Shown here: positions 40,698 to 50,274 of the stretch, piece after piece | Position numbering within the stretch: the first letter of the stretch is position 1 | Layout: each line of letters starts with the position of its first letter | DNA from: Candidatus Latescibacterota bacterium | GTDB taxonomy: Bacteria > Latescibacterota > UBA2968 > UBA8231 | Length of the DNA: 64,000 bases | Direction of reading: 5' to 3' | NCBI GenBank assembly: GCA_964291625.2 | Contig: OZ220089.1 | Coordinates: 1,952,001 to 2,016,000, forward strand | Made by a program: the position numbers and the translations under genes | Notes under the pieces: generated by a model | What the model saw: the letters and a program-made list of their open reading frames with translations, nothing else | Database searches by the model: none | What the model was told of the DNA's origin: nothing

Positions 40698-42067
40698 TGC
40701 GCCATTTCCGAGCTCCCCTCGCCCTGCTCGTCCTGGCCACGGCCGCGGCCGGCCAGGAAGAACGGGCCATCGACAACTTCGCCGGCGTCGGCGTCCGCGC
40801 CATGGGGATGGGCGGCGCCTTCGCCGGCCTCGCCGACGACTTCACCGCCGTCTACTGGAACCCGGCCGGTCTGGCGCAGATGCGCCAGCGCGAGATCAGC
40901 GTCGCCTTTCTGCGCAACGCCCGGCAGAACCGGGCCGTCACCGGATTCGGGACCCCGATCGAGAGCAGCGCCATCGCCGACGTGAGCAACACCCGCTTCG
41001 GCAGCCTGGGCTTCGTCTATCCCGTGCCCGTGTACCGCGGCAGCCTCGTGCTGGCGGCGGGCTTCAACCGCGTCAAGGACTTCGACTGGGCCCTCGACTA
41101 CCCCCTGGTGCCGGTGGTGCGGGATGCGGACGGGGCCGTCCTCGGCGACAGCCTCGCCTACGACGACAGCTTCCGCCACGAAGGCGAGCTGGCCATCACC
41201 TCCGTGGCCGGCGCCATCGACGTGAGCCCCTCGGTTTCCGTGGGCGCCACCCTCAGCCTCATCGGCGGCGAGGACGAGTGGACCTCGGAGTTCGTCTCCA
41301 TCGACACGGAGAACTTCTTCTACGAGAGACGCTTCACCGAGCGCGAGGTCTTCGTCGACGACTACGGCACCACCTGGACCGCCACCCTCGGGGCCATGGT
41401 GCGCACCCCCCGGGACGACCCGCGCGTGCGCCTGGGCGTCACCATGGCCACCGGGTCGTCGCACAAGGTCAGCTACACCTGGCGGGCGCCGCCCCAACCA
41501 CACTTCAGCTCCGTCGAGTCCGACGACGGCACCGTGGTCGAGACTCCGAGCGAGGAGTTCAAGAGCAGCTACCGCATCGCCCTGCCCCTCTCCTTCGGGC
41601 TCGGCCTCTCCGGCCGGCCCGTGCCCCAGGTGACGCTGGCCGCCTCGGTCCACGCCACCGAGTGGACCCAGACCGAGTACACCGACGACGACCCCTTCGA
41701 GCTGCGCACCGACACCTCCTTCGAGGACCAGTACGCCGACGTCCTGCGCTGGCACCTCGGGGCCGAGTGGCAGGTGCCGTGGGCCGCCGTCGATCTGCGC
41801 GCCGGGTACTACTCCGACCCCCTGCCCTTCGTCGGGCCCCGGGACCCGACCCGTGCTCCGGACCCGGTCCATAATCCCCTGATCCGGGTGCTCCGGGACC
41901 GGCGGTTCTACACCCTCGGCGCCGGGGTCGCCGTGGAGGAGGCGGTGCGGATCGAGCTGGCCTACACCCGCGGAGACTACGAGCAGGCCGAAGGCCAGAA
42001 CGAGCTGGAGCTTCGGGAAGATGTGGACGTGAACCGCGTCTTCATGGGGGTCCGCTACCACTTCTGA
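40697..42067 (+). CDS. OmpP1/FadL-like (PorV-related) outer-membrane barrel
   Basis: GVRAMGMGGAF..LADD..AVYWNPAGL hatch motif; C-terminal GVRYHF. Confidence 0.85.
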   Translation: MRHFRAPLALLVLATAAAGQEERAIDNFAGVGVRAMGMGGAFAGLADDFTAVYWNPAGLAQMRQREISVAFLRNARQNRAVTGFGTPIESSAIADVSNTRFGSLGFVYPVPVYRGSLVLAAGFNRVKDFDWALDYPLVPVVRDADGAVLGDSLAYDDSFRHEGELAITSVAGAIDVSPSVSVGATLSLIGGEDEWTSEFVSIDTENFFYERRFTEREVFVDDYGTTWTATLGAMVRTPRDDPRVRLGVTMATGSSHKVSYTWRAPPQPHFSSVESDDGTVVETPSEEFKSSYRIALPLSFGLGLSGRPVPQVTLAASVHATEWTQTEYTDDDPFELRTDTSFEDQYADVLRWHLGAEWQVPWAAVDLRAGYYSDPLPFVGPRDPTRAPDPVHNPLIRVLRDRRFYTLGAGVAVEEAVRIELAYTRGDYEQAEGQNELELREDVDVNRVFMGVRYHF

Positions 42068-42106
42068 CCCCGTCCCCGAGGGCCCCCGGGGAGCCCCCGA
42101 GAGCCG

Positions 42107-42134
42107 TTGACCGCGAGGGCTCCCTCCATATATT
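42107..42134 (+). promoter_or_regulatory. Putative sigma-70 promoter
   Basis: TTGACC-N16-TATATT, followed by an AGGAGGT RBS before the ATG at 42183. Confidence 0.45.
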
Positions 42135-42182
42135 GACCCAAGAGCGCCCGGCGAGGGCGCCGCACCGACAGGAGGTGGCGAC

Positions 42183-42905
42183 ATGACCAGATCCCTCACA
42201 GGTCTCTTGCTCGCGCTGGCAGCGGTTTCCGCCACCGGCTGCTACACCGTCCTGCGGGCCCCCGGGGGCTTCACCACCCCCGAGGAACCCGCCTATTCCG
42301 CCACCTGGGAAGAGCCAGCGGACCGCGATCCCCGCATCGGCCGGTTCACCGACGACCGCGGCCTGGACACCCCGGGCTACGGCTCCTACGGCAGCGGCTA
42401 TCCGATCTTCGGCTACGACTCCCGGTACGGCATGTACGGCTTCGGGTCGCCCTTCGCATACGGTCCGGGCTACGGATACGGATACGGCCATCGGTACGGC
42501 GGCTACGGACCCTACGGCTACAGCCCCTACTACGGACCCTACGGCTACGGCTACGACCCCTACTATTCCCGCGGCAGCTACGTGCCCCCGGGGTACGAGC
42601 TGGTGACCACAACCGAGCTGTCCGAGTTGAGGGCCGGACTCACCAGCAGGGGGCCGACCTCGGAGTCCCCCACCGTCGACGAAACCGCCCTTCGGGAGCG
42701 GCAGCGGCAGAGCCAGGAGCGCGCCTGGACGCAGCGGGTCGAGCCGACGGTGCGGCGCTCGACCGTCGGTCAGCGCACCACCCGGTCCCCGGAGAGCCCC
42801 AAGTCCAGCGGCACCGTTTCCTCCTCCAGCTCCCCGAAACCCGCCTCCTCGGAGGAGAAGAGCAGCGGCAGCTCGGCGGCCAAGCGCCGGAAGAAGCGCC
42901 GCTGA
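42183..42905 (+). CDS. Gly/Tyr-rich low-complexity lipoprotein
   Basis: Lipobox-like ATGC followed by YT; GYG/GPYGY repeats; Ser-rich and polybasic tail. Confidence 0.8.
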   Translation: MTRSLTGLLLALAAVSATGCYTVLRAPGGFTTPEEPAYSATWEEPADRDPRIGRFTDDRGLDTPGYGSYGSGYPIFGYDSRYGMYGFGSPFAYGPGYGYGYGHRYGGYGPYGYSPYYGPYGYGYDPYYSRGSYVPPGYELVTTTELSELRAGLTSRGPTSESPTVDETALRERQRQSQERAWTQRVEPTVRRSTVGQRTTRSPESPKSSGTVSSSSSPKPASSEEKSSGSSAAKRRKKRR

Positions 42906-42935
42906 CGGAACCCAACGCCGACAGCGAGGCCCGCA

Positions 42936-42979
42936 GGAAAGAGGGGGCGGCTCCAGGCCGGAGCCGCCCCCTTTCTCTT
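42936..42979. terminator. Intrinsic terminator, probably bidirectional
   Basis: 13-bp stem AGGGGGCGGCTCC/GGAGCCGCCCCCT with a 5-nt loop, a T-rich tail and an A-rich leader, between convergent genes. Confidence 0.85.
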
Positions 42980-43006
42980 GTTCCGGCGCCCGTCCTTCGC
43001 GCCGGC

Positions 43007-43726
43007 TCAGTCCCCGCTGCTATCGAAGCGACGCGTCTGTCGGCTCGGCGGCGGCGCAACCCGCGCCAGGAACTGCCGCAGCGGCGGGGCCAGGGCCGTC
43101 AGCATCTGCCGCTCGGTGCGGTCCCGGCCGCCCCCAAGAAGGTCCAGTTGCACCGGCTGCCAGCTGCTGTGCCGGCCCTCGTGGCTCCAGTGCCCGCCGG
43201 TGGCCAGGTTCACCAGCAGCAGGTGCAGGTTCACCGTGATGTTCACCCTCGGACTGGCGGCCATGCCTCCGTAGGGGGTCGGGGTCATGGGCGACATGCG
43301 CGCGTCCAGGCTGCGGAGGGTGACGAAGACGAGGGCGTCGAGGCCCAGCTCGCTCACCATGGCGCTCTTCAGGCTGTCGCCGAAGACGGCCGCCGAGTCC
43401 AGCTCCACGTCGCGGAAGTGCCAGCGGATCTCGTCCTGGCCGATCACCGTGCGGTCGGACAAGTTCCGGAGACCTCCGGCGGTGGCGTCGGTGAGGCGCC
43501 CCATGACCTTCTCGATGTCCAGGTCCTGCAGCGGCATGATGTCGGTAGCCGAGAGCACGCCGATCGTCTCCACGCCCTCGAGCAGGGGGCGGATCTCGGC
43601 GTCGGGCACGGAGGGCGCCCGGAACTCGACGGCCGTACCCATGCCGGCGCCGCGGCCGCCGCACCCGCACAGGCACAGGAGGGCCATCCAGACCGTTGCC
43701 CGGCGCGCCCAACGCCCGGCCGCCAC
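43007..43726 (-). CDS. Hypothetical lipoprotein (CsgG/LpoB/TolB-N-like fold suspected)
   Basis: Lipobox LCGC; TIGVL, ELGLDALVFVTL, LLLVNLATG..W pattern. Start uncertain. Confidence 0.6.
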   Translation of the reverse strand: MAAGRWARRATVWMALLCLCGCGGRGAGMGTAVEFRAPSVPDAEIRPLLEGVETIGVLSATDIMPLQDLDIEKVMGRLTDATAGGLRNLSDRTVIGQDEIRWHFRDVELDSAAVFGDSLKSAMVSELGLDALVFVTLRSLDARMSPMTPTPYGGMAASPRVNITVNLHLLLVNLATGGHWSHEGRHSSWQPVQLDLLGGGRDRTERQMLTALAPPLRQFLARVAPPPSRQTRRFDSSGD

Positions 43727-43728
43727 TC

Positions 43729-46700
43729 TCAGAAGCTCCGCCCGAAGCTGAAGTGCATGTGCCACCCGGAAATGTCCTTGAAGTCGGTGCGCCGGGCGAA
43801 CTCGAAGTTCAGCGGCGCCAGTAAGTAGACGAGCAGGCCGAAGCCGACGCCTCCCTGGAGGCGTACCCGCTCCGCCGCCGGGTCGATCTCGACGTGGGGA
43901 CTCTGCAGCGGCCACGGGTCGAGGGTCTGGTCCCGCTTCCAGGCGCTCCCCAGGTCGGCGAAGATGGCGCCGTCCACGGCGGGAATGGCGAATGTCCCGG
44001 GCCAGCCGAAGGTGATGTTGCGGATGAAGGGGACGCGGATCTCTCCGTTGGCCAGGGCCACGCGGGTGCCGGTGAACTTCGAGAACGCGTAGCCCCGCAA
44101 GGGCCCCACGTTGAGGTTGTACCCCGGGTAGAAGGGCAGGAACCAGGCCGGCCCGCCGAGGTTGTACTCGAGGCCGTCGCGCCCCAGGGAGCCGATGCCC
44201 GTGCCCCGCAACCCGAGGACCGACCAGCGGCCCAGGCGCAGGTAGTGGCGGTAGTCGATCTCCACGTGGGTGAAGTTGCGGTCCCCTTCCCTCAGGGCCA
44301 GCGTGCGCCCGGCGGAGAGGTAGTAGCGCCGTCCCGCCGTGGGCCCGAGGAGCCCGATATTGAGGGAATCGTGGACGTAGGCGGCCTTGAACAGGTGCGT
44401 GCTGGAGCCGTCGATCGGCTCCTGCACCGGCCACGCGATCTCGCGCTGCTCGTCGACGAAGGAGTACGACAGCTCGACGCGCCGGTACACATCGAGGGGG
44501 TAGCTGATGTCCGCCAGCACCCCGGTCTGGCGGCTGCGCACCAGCCCCCGGGTGAGACGGGCACCGATCCCGTAGTAGCCCCCGAAGGGACCCCGGCCCT
44601 CGTTGTCGTTGAAGTACTGGTTCCAGTTGAAGACCATGGCGCTGTACGTGGGCCGGCGGCCATGGTAGCTGTAGCCGGCGGCGAAGGTGAAATCGTTGTT
44701 GATCTCCTGGGAACCCACGTAGTCGGTGAACAGGGTGAGGTCGTGGTTGCCCAGGAGGTCGCTCATGCTCAACTGGGCCACCCCGGCGAGGAAGCCCGAG
44801 TAGTAGCCCATCTGCAGGGCCACCCCGTCGAACTCCAGCTTGGGCGTGTACCGCCGCCGGGGCAGGCCCTCCAGGGCGCTCTCGGGACCGCCCGGGAGCC
44901 GCGCCGTGTCCCGCCGCAGGGCGTCGCCCAGGTCCTCCAGGCCTCCCCCCGGCGAGGGTGTCCCGCCCTTGCCGGCAGCGACCGCGCCGGCGTCGCCGCC
45001 GGAGGTCTCCGCCAGCTTCATCGCCTGGTTGGTGTCCGCCTTGCGGTCGAGGACGGCCACCGCCTCCTCCAGGCCGAGGCGGGTTGCGCCGGCCAGGGCC
45101 GAGGCCGCAGTGTCGGCCGCGCCCTTCTGCACGAGGAGGATGGGGTCGTGCCCGGACGGCCCTTCACCGGCTTCGGTGGCCTCGGCAGCGACCGGCTCGG
45201 CGCCGACCCGCGCCGCCAGCTCCTCGCTGCGCCGCCGCAGCTCCGGCATGGAGGGCATGTCCATGCGGTACATCTCGCGGCGGCTGTGGTAGTAGGTGTT
45301 GAGCACCAGTTGCTGGCCGTCGGGGGACAGGGAGGGGTTCATGATGCCGGAGAGGGTGCGCGTCAGGCGGTACTCGCGGCCGTCGCCGAGGTCCTGCAGG
45401 AACAGGTCGTTGATGCCGTCGCGGGTGGAGACGAAGAGGACCCTGTCGCCCTCCGGAGTCCACTCCGGCCACAGGTCGTCGCCCGGGGTGGCCACCAGCG
45501 TCGACTGGCTCCCCGTGTCGAGGTCGTAGAGCTTGATGTCGAACTGGCCCTCCACCTTGGCGCTGAAGGCGAGGCTCCTCCCGTCGGGATGGAAGTCGGG
45601 GTGGTCCTCCCGCCGGGATGTCCCGGTCAGCTGGCGGACCTGCTCGGTGGCCACGTCCACCATGTAGAGGTCGCTCTGCCCGTAGCCGGTGCCGACGAAG
45701 GCCAGGCGGCGGCTGTCGGGCGCCCAGTCGAGTCCCTCGACGATCTCGATGTCGTCGAAGGAGAGGGTGCTCACCAGCTTCTTGTCGTACAGGTCCCAGA
45801 GGACGATGGCGTCCTTCGGACCGTCCTTGCCCACCAGGGCGATGGTGCTCCCGTCCGGGGCCCAGGCCACGGTGCCGTCGCCGAAGGTCAGGTCGTCGAA
45901 GACGCGAGTGCGCATGCCGGTGGTGACACGCTGCACCCGGCGGCCGTTGCTGACCCGGATGATGTCGACGTGCTGCTCCACGCCGTCGGTGCTGAGGACG
46001 GCGAGCATGTCGCCTCCCAGGGACCACTCCGGCGACATGTACAGGCCGTGGATCTCGTCGTTGTCGACGACGCGGCTGGCGAACTCGGAGACGTAGTCGC
46101 GGTGCTGCAGCAGCGGCCAGTAGCGCTTGCGCATGTGCGCCTGCCAGCGCTCGTCGAGGGTGCTCATGTCCATGTCGATGAGGCGCTCGAGGAGCCTGTC
46201 CGTGTCGGTCTGCTGGTCCCACACGCGCAGGATGCGGCTCACCTTCTCGGGCCCGAAGTTGGCCGCCAGGTACTCCATCAGGCTGTGGCTCTGCTTGTAG
46301 GCCAGGAAGGGATTCGGCAGGTAGTTCCAACTCGAGTCCATGACCTCGAGGGGGATCAGCCGGTCCGTCAGCACCGCGTCGCGCAGCACCATCTCGTCGA
46401 TGGTGTTCATCTCCTCCGTCGAGTACTCGGCCAGGCCCTCCATGATCCACGTGGGCGGCCGCGCGATGGGGTTGGAGATGCGCCGCACCGGTCCCCGGTT
46501 CACGATGTCGTACTGGAAGATGTGCATCAGCTCGTGAGTGAGGACGTTGCGGAAGTCGTCGAGATCACCGTTGAAGGGGATCACCATGCGGTAGCGCAGG
46601 GGCTCGGCGAAACCCGCCACCCCGGGCGGCAGGAAGGCCTGGATGATGTTCGTCTGCTGGAACTCGTAGTGCGACTTGAAGATGACGATGGGCGGCTTGG

Positions 46701-46998
46701 TCGACAGCTCGTGGCGCATGAGGGCGCTGATGTGGACGTAGGCCTCCTCGAGGTACTCCACGGCCCGGTCGGCGAGATCCTCGAACTCCGGCTCGTAGTG
46801 GAGGAGCAGGTGCTCGCTCTCGACGAAGTGCCAGTCGAAGTCCTTGTAGCGCACCTTGTTCTTGCCGAATCCCTGGCGCAACTGGGAGGACAGGATGTCC
46901 TGGGCCGAGGCGCCGCCGGGCAGCCAGGCCAGGCACGCGGCCAGCAGCAGGGCGCCGGCGCGGATGCGGCGTGTATGAGAGTTCATGGTGGGCATCAC
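43729..46998 (-). CDS. Omp85-family protein with N-terminal MA-clan metallopeptidase and PD40/TolB-like propeller
   Basis: THELMHIFQ plus EGLAEY; WAPD/FHPDG/LSPDG repeats; LRGY barrel loop motif, D.G.AW, C-terminal FGRSF. Confidence 0.88.
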   Translation of the reverse strand: MMPTMNSHTRRIRAGALLLAACLAWLPGGASAQDILSSQLRQGFGKNKVRYKDFDWHFVESEHLLLHYEPEFEDLADRAVEYLEEAYVHISALMRHELSTKPPIVIFKSHYEFQQTNIIQAFLPPGVAGFAEPLRYRMVIPFNGDLDDFRNVLTHELMHIFQYDIVNRGPVRRISNPIARPPTWIMEGLAEYSTEEMNTIDEMVLRDAVLTDRLIPLEVMDSSWNYLPNPFLAYKQSHSLMEYLAANFGPEKVSRILRVWDQQTDTDRLLERLIDMDMSTLDERWQAHMRKRYWPLLQHRDYVSEFASRVVDNDEIHGLYMSPEWSLGGDMLAVLSTDGVEQHVDIIRVSNGRRVQRVTTGMRTRVFDDLTFGDGTVAWAPDGSTIALVGKDGPKDAIVLWDLYDKKLVSTLSFDDIEIVEGLDWAPDSRRLAFVGTGYGQSDLYMVDVATEQVRQLTGTSRREDHPDFHPDGRSLAFSAKVEGQFDIKLYDLDTGSQSTLVATPGDDLWPEWTPEGDRVLFVSTRDGINDLFLQDLGDGREYRLTRTLSGIMNPSLSPDGQQLVLNTYYHSRREMYRMDMPSMPELRRRSEELAARVGAEPVAAEATEAGEGPSGHDPILLVQKGAADTAASALAGATRLGLEEAVAVLDRKADTNQAMKLAETSGGDAGAVAAGKGGTPSPGGGLEDLGDALRRDTARLPGGPESALEGLPRRRYTPKLEFDGVALQMGYYSGFLAGVAQLSMSDLLGNHDLTLFTDYVGSQEINNDFTFAAGYSYHGRRPTYSAMVFNWNQYFNDNEGRGPFGGYYGIGARLTRGLVRSRQTGVLADISYPLDVYRRVELSYSFVDEQREIAWPVQEPIDGSSTHLFKAAYVHDSLNIGLLGPTAGRRYYLSAGRTLALREGDRNFTHVEIDYRHYLRLGRWSVLGLRGTGIGSLGRDGLEYNLGGPAWFLPFYPGYNLNVGPLRGYAFSKFTGTRVALANGEIRVPFIRNITFGWPGTFAIPAVDGAIFADLGSAWKRDQTLDPWPLQSPHVEIDPAAERVRLQGGVGFGLLVYLLAPLNFEFARRTDFKDISGWHMHFSFGRSF

Positions 46999-47762
46999 CC
47001 TTCCTCCGGCGTTTCCCGAGCCGGGGCGCTCCCTCGGCGGCGTTCCCTGGCCCGCGGCAGTCCGTCGATGTCGACGCTGTCCTCCGGTACCCCGCGCGCC
47101 TCCGCGGCCTTGCGGAGGTAGCTCAGATTGGCCTGGTACAACCGCTTGCCGGGGGCCAGCCGGGCGGCGAACTCATACGCCGCCCGCGCCTTCTCCCGCT
47201 CTCCGAGCCGTTCGTAGAGGATCCCGAGGTTGTTGTGCAGGCTCGCCGACAGGCTGTCCACGGCGACGGCCTGCTCGAGGTGGATCCGCGCCTCTTCCCA
47301 GAGGCCCCGCTCGATGCACCAGAGAGCGTATTCGTTCACCCGCTCGACCCGCTCCCGGTCTTCCCCCGTGCGCGACTCGTAGGCCCGCCGCTGCGCCTGC
47401 ACCACCTCCGGGGACGTTGCGGGCCTCTCCGGGGGACGGGCAGCTTCGACCTCCGGCGGCGGCTCGGTACCGGCCGGAGCCGGTCTGGCCGGCGGTGCAG
47501 CGGCCGCCAGGGAGTCCGGACCCTCCACGGCCTCCGGCGGGTGAGCTCTCCCCGCGGCGGCGCCGAGGGAGTCGGGCGGCGGCGCGTCTTCCAGCGCCGA
47601 CACCGTGTCCTGTTGGACCTCCTCCGCCCCGGGGGGGTTCCCCTCCGCCTCCCACCAGGGCACGGCACTCTGCCGCGGCTGGCGGGCGACCTGGGTGCAG
47701 GCGGCCGCGGCCAGTGCGAGCAGGCACAGGGACAGCTTCCAGTTGGGGGTACCGGAACTCAC
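46995..47762 (-). CDS. TPR lipoprotein
   Basis: Lipobox AAAC; Pro/Ala linker; TPR helices (NNLGILYERLG...A..AYE.A). Confidence 0.8.
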   Translation of the reverse strand: MSSGTPNWKLSLCLLALAAAACTQVARQPRQSAVPWWEAEGNPPGAEEVQQDTVSALEDAPPPDSLGAAAGRAHPPEAVEGPDSLAAAAPPARPAPAGTEPPPEVEAARPPERPATSPEVVQAQRRAYESRTGEDRERVERVNEYALWCIERGLWEEARIHLEQAVAVDSLSASLHNNLGILYERLGEREKARAAYEFAARLAPGKRLYQANLSYLRKAAEARGVPEDSVDIDGLPRARERRRGSAPARETPEEG

Positions 47763-47838
47763 GACGAGACCTGGATCGGGAAGGAGGAGACGTCGGCGAG
47801 GATGAAGAGGTTGAATATACGCACCGGTACCGGCGGCT

Positions 47839-49224
47839 TCATGCCCGTTCGGAGACCGTCTCTCCGCTCACGGCGCCGCGTCGAGCGGCGGCCCACCGGA
47901 CCAGGCACCAGCCGAGCAGCAGGTATACCGGGCCGTACTCGACCCAGGCCACCCACTCCGAGGACTGCCACGTCCCCGTCCCGCGGTAGGGCATGAGCGC
48001 CTCGTAGCCGAGGAAGGCGAGCCAGCTGAAAGCCATCCACGGCAGGGCCGGGTGCATGGGCAGGAAGGCCAGGATCCAGAGCAGGTACCAGGGATGCACG
48101 ACGGGGGACAGCAGCAGCAGGGCCCCCATGGAGGCCGAAACGGCGCGCACCGGGTCCCGCCAGCCGGCGGCCGCCCAGGCGGTCACCGCCGCCAGCGCCG
48201 CCAGGCAGATCCAGCGGGCCGTCATCAGGGCGCCGTCGTCCCACTCCCAGCCGGGCTTCGGGTCGGAGAGCAGGGAGTAGACCAGGCCGTAGAGGCTGTC
48301 GTTATGACGCCACTTCACGGCGAAGGTCCGCAGCCCCGACCACATGGCGCCGCCGGCGTCGGCGTACGCGAGCCAGGCGGCGGCCATGCCGAGAGGCACC
48401 CACACCAGGGGCCGGCGCGGCATCGGATCGAGCCACCGTCGCCAGCCCCGCGAGTCCGCCGGCGCCCAGGATCGCCAGAAGACGGCCAGACACAGCACGG
48501 GGACCACCTTGGACAGGATCGCCGCCGTCAGGGCCAGGGCCGCCCCGTGCCGGCGGCCCGACGCCAGGAACAGCAGACCCACCATCATCAGGGTCACCCC
48601 GAGGACGTCGACGTGGCCGTTGCCGGCGATCTCGATGACGGGCAGCGGATGCCAGGCATAGAGCAGCAACCGCAGCGGATTCTGCCCGCGGTGCTTCAGC
48701 AGGCACCAGAGCACGGCCATCAGGAGCAGGTCGCAGAGGACGAGGGCCGCCTTCAGCCCGGTGGCCCCCGGCCACGCCGCGTGGGCGCCCCGGAAGAGCC
48801 ACTGCGCCACCGGCGGATAGATGGTGACGAGCTCGGGATGGTTGATCCGCCCCCAGTCGTGGTCCCGCAGCGGCGCGAGGGAGGCGTCGTCCGGCGCCTG
48901 AGCATATGGATTCCCGCCGGCGGCCTGCACCCGCGCGTCCCACAGGTAGCGGTAGATGTCGTCCGACAGGGAAGGCGGAGTGTCGAGCAGCAGCAGCCGG
49001 AAGAGGACGGCGAAGCCGGCCACGACGGCGGCGGTGCCGGGCGCCGCGCAGGGGGCGCGCAGCACCAGCCAGGCGGCGTACGCCCAGGCGGCCAGGGCCG
49101 GCAGCAGGGCCAGCCACATCCCCGGCACGTCCTCGCCGAGATCGCCTGTCGCCCGGAGCCACACGAAGCCGCCGGTCAGCACCCCCCCGGCGGCCAGCAG
49201 ACTTGCGCGGGGGTATCTCAGCAT
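47839..49224 (-). CDS. GT-C membrane glycosyltransferase (GT87-like)
   Basis: LSDDIYRYLWD, NPY..AP, TIYPP, YAWHPL, GNGHVD, VHPWYLLW. Confidence 0.85.
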   Translation of the reverse strand: MLRYPRASLLAAGGVLTGGFVWLRATGDLGEDVPGMWLALLPALAAWAYAAWLVLRAPCAAPGTAAVVAGFAVLFRLLLLDTPPSLSDDIYRYLWDARVQAAGGNPYAQAPDDASLAPLRDHDWGRINHPELVTIYPPVAQWLFRGAHAAWPGATGLKAALVLCDLLLMAVLWCLLKHRGQNPLRLLLYAWHPLPVIEIAGNGHVDVLGVTLMMVGLLFLASGRRHGAALALTAAILSKVVPVLCLAVFWRSWAPADSRGWRRWLDPMPRRPLVWVPLGMAAAWLAYADAGGAMWSGLRTFAVKWRHNDSLYGLVYSLLSDPKPGWEWDDGALMTARWICLAALAAVTAWAAAGWRDPVRAVSASMGALLLLSPVVHPWYLLWILAFLPMHPALPWMAFSWLAFLGYEALMPYRGTGTWQSSEWVAWVEYGPVYLLLGWCLVRWAAARRGAVSGETVSERA

Positions 49225-49306
49225 GGCGCCCGACCTCGCAGGGCACCTCCCGGGGCGGGTGCGCCCTCCCTCGCCCGGGAGAACGGGGGCCTGGGAGGCG
49301 GATGTC

Positions 49307-50161
49307 TCAATAGCTGAAGAACCCGCGCCCCGTCTTGCGCCCCAGCCGGCCTTCCGCGACCAGCCGGCGGAGGCTCGCCGGCGGCGCGTACCGCGGGCCG
49401 AGGCGCGCCTCGAGGGATTCGAGGATGTCCAGGCAGACATCGAGACCGACGAAATCGGCCAGCGCCAGGGGGCCGATGGGATGGCCGGCGCCCAGGCGCA
49501 CGGCGCGGTCCAGGTCCTCCGCTGACGCGACCCCCTCCTCCAGGGCCCGGACCGCCTCGGCGACCATGGCGAAGAGCAGCCGGTTGACGGCGAAGCCCGG
49601 CCGGTTGCCGACCTCGATCGGGGTCTTGCCGCAGCGGCGCGCCAGCTCGGCCACGGCCGTCACCACCTCCGGGGACGTCTGCGGCGCGGCGACGATCTCC
49701 ACCAGGGGCATGGCCGGCGGCGGGTTGAAGAAGTGCAGGCCCACGACCCGATGAGGGTGGGCCGCGGCGCCCGCCAGGGCCTCCAGGTCCAGGCCCGAGG
49801 TGTTGGTGGCGATCACCGCCCCCGGCGGCAGCACGCCATCGAGCCGGGCCAGAACCCGCTGCTTCAGATCCAGGCGCTCGGGAACCGCTTCGATCGCGAG
49901 GTCGGTGCCGGCCAGGTCCGACAGTTCCGCGAGAGCGCGCAGCCGCCCGGCGATCTCATCTGCATCGCCGCGGACCTCGCCGCGCTCGCGGCGGCGGCGC
50001 AAGCGCTCCCGCACCGAATCGACGGCCGCCTCCAGGACTCCGGCGGAGGCGTCGTGCAGCCCCACCCGGAGTCCGGCCTCGACCAGCACCTGGGCGATGC
50101 CGCGGCCCATGGTGCCCGCGCCGACGACCACGGCGCTCTGGAAGTTCAGGTCTGCCCCCAT
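49307..50161 (-). CDS. 3-hydroxyacyl-CoA dehydrogenase
   Basis: VVGAGTMG, EAVPE..LK, TNTS, GLHFFNP, PGFAVNR, GRKTGRGFFSY. Confidence 0.95.
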   Translation of the reverse strand: MGADLNFQSAVVVGAGTMGRGIAQVLVEAGLRVGLHDASAGVLEAAVDSVRERLRRRRERGEVRGDADEIAGRLRALAELSDLAGTDLAIEAVPERLDLKQRVLARLDGVLPPGAVIATNTSGLDLEALAGAAAHPHRVVGLHFFNPPPAMPLVEIVAAPQTSPEVVTAVAELARRCGKTPIEVGNRPGFAVNRLLFAMVAEAVRALEEGVASAEDLDRAVRLGAGHPIGPLALADFVGLDVCLDILESLEARLGPRYAPPASLRRLVAEGRLGRKTGRGFFSY

Positions 50162-50274
50162 GAGATTCCGGCCCCCGGCTCAAGGTAACCGGCAGCGCCC
50201 GGCCGCCGCCAGCCGCTTGACCACGGGCGCCGCGGCCTTTGGTTCACTGACTCCATCCTCTCCGGAGACCACCC

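Noticed and set aside
42460-42570. Short tandem repeats resembling an array
   Set aside because: These are coding Gly/Tyr repeats with no repeat-spacer structure. No CRISPR array or cas genes were seen in the window.
43894-47121. 1075-aa plus-strand ORF
   Set aside because: Antisense shadow of the Omp85 gene.
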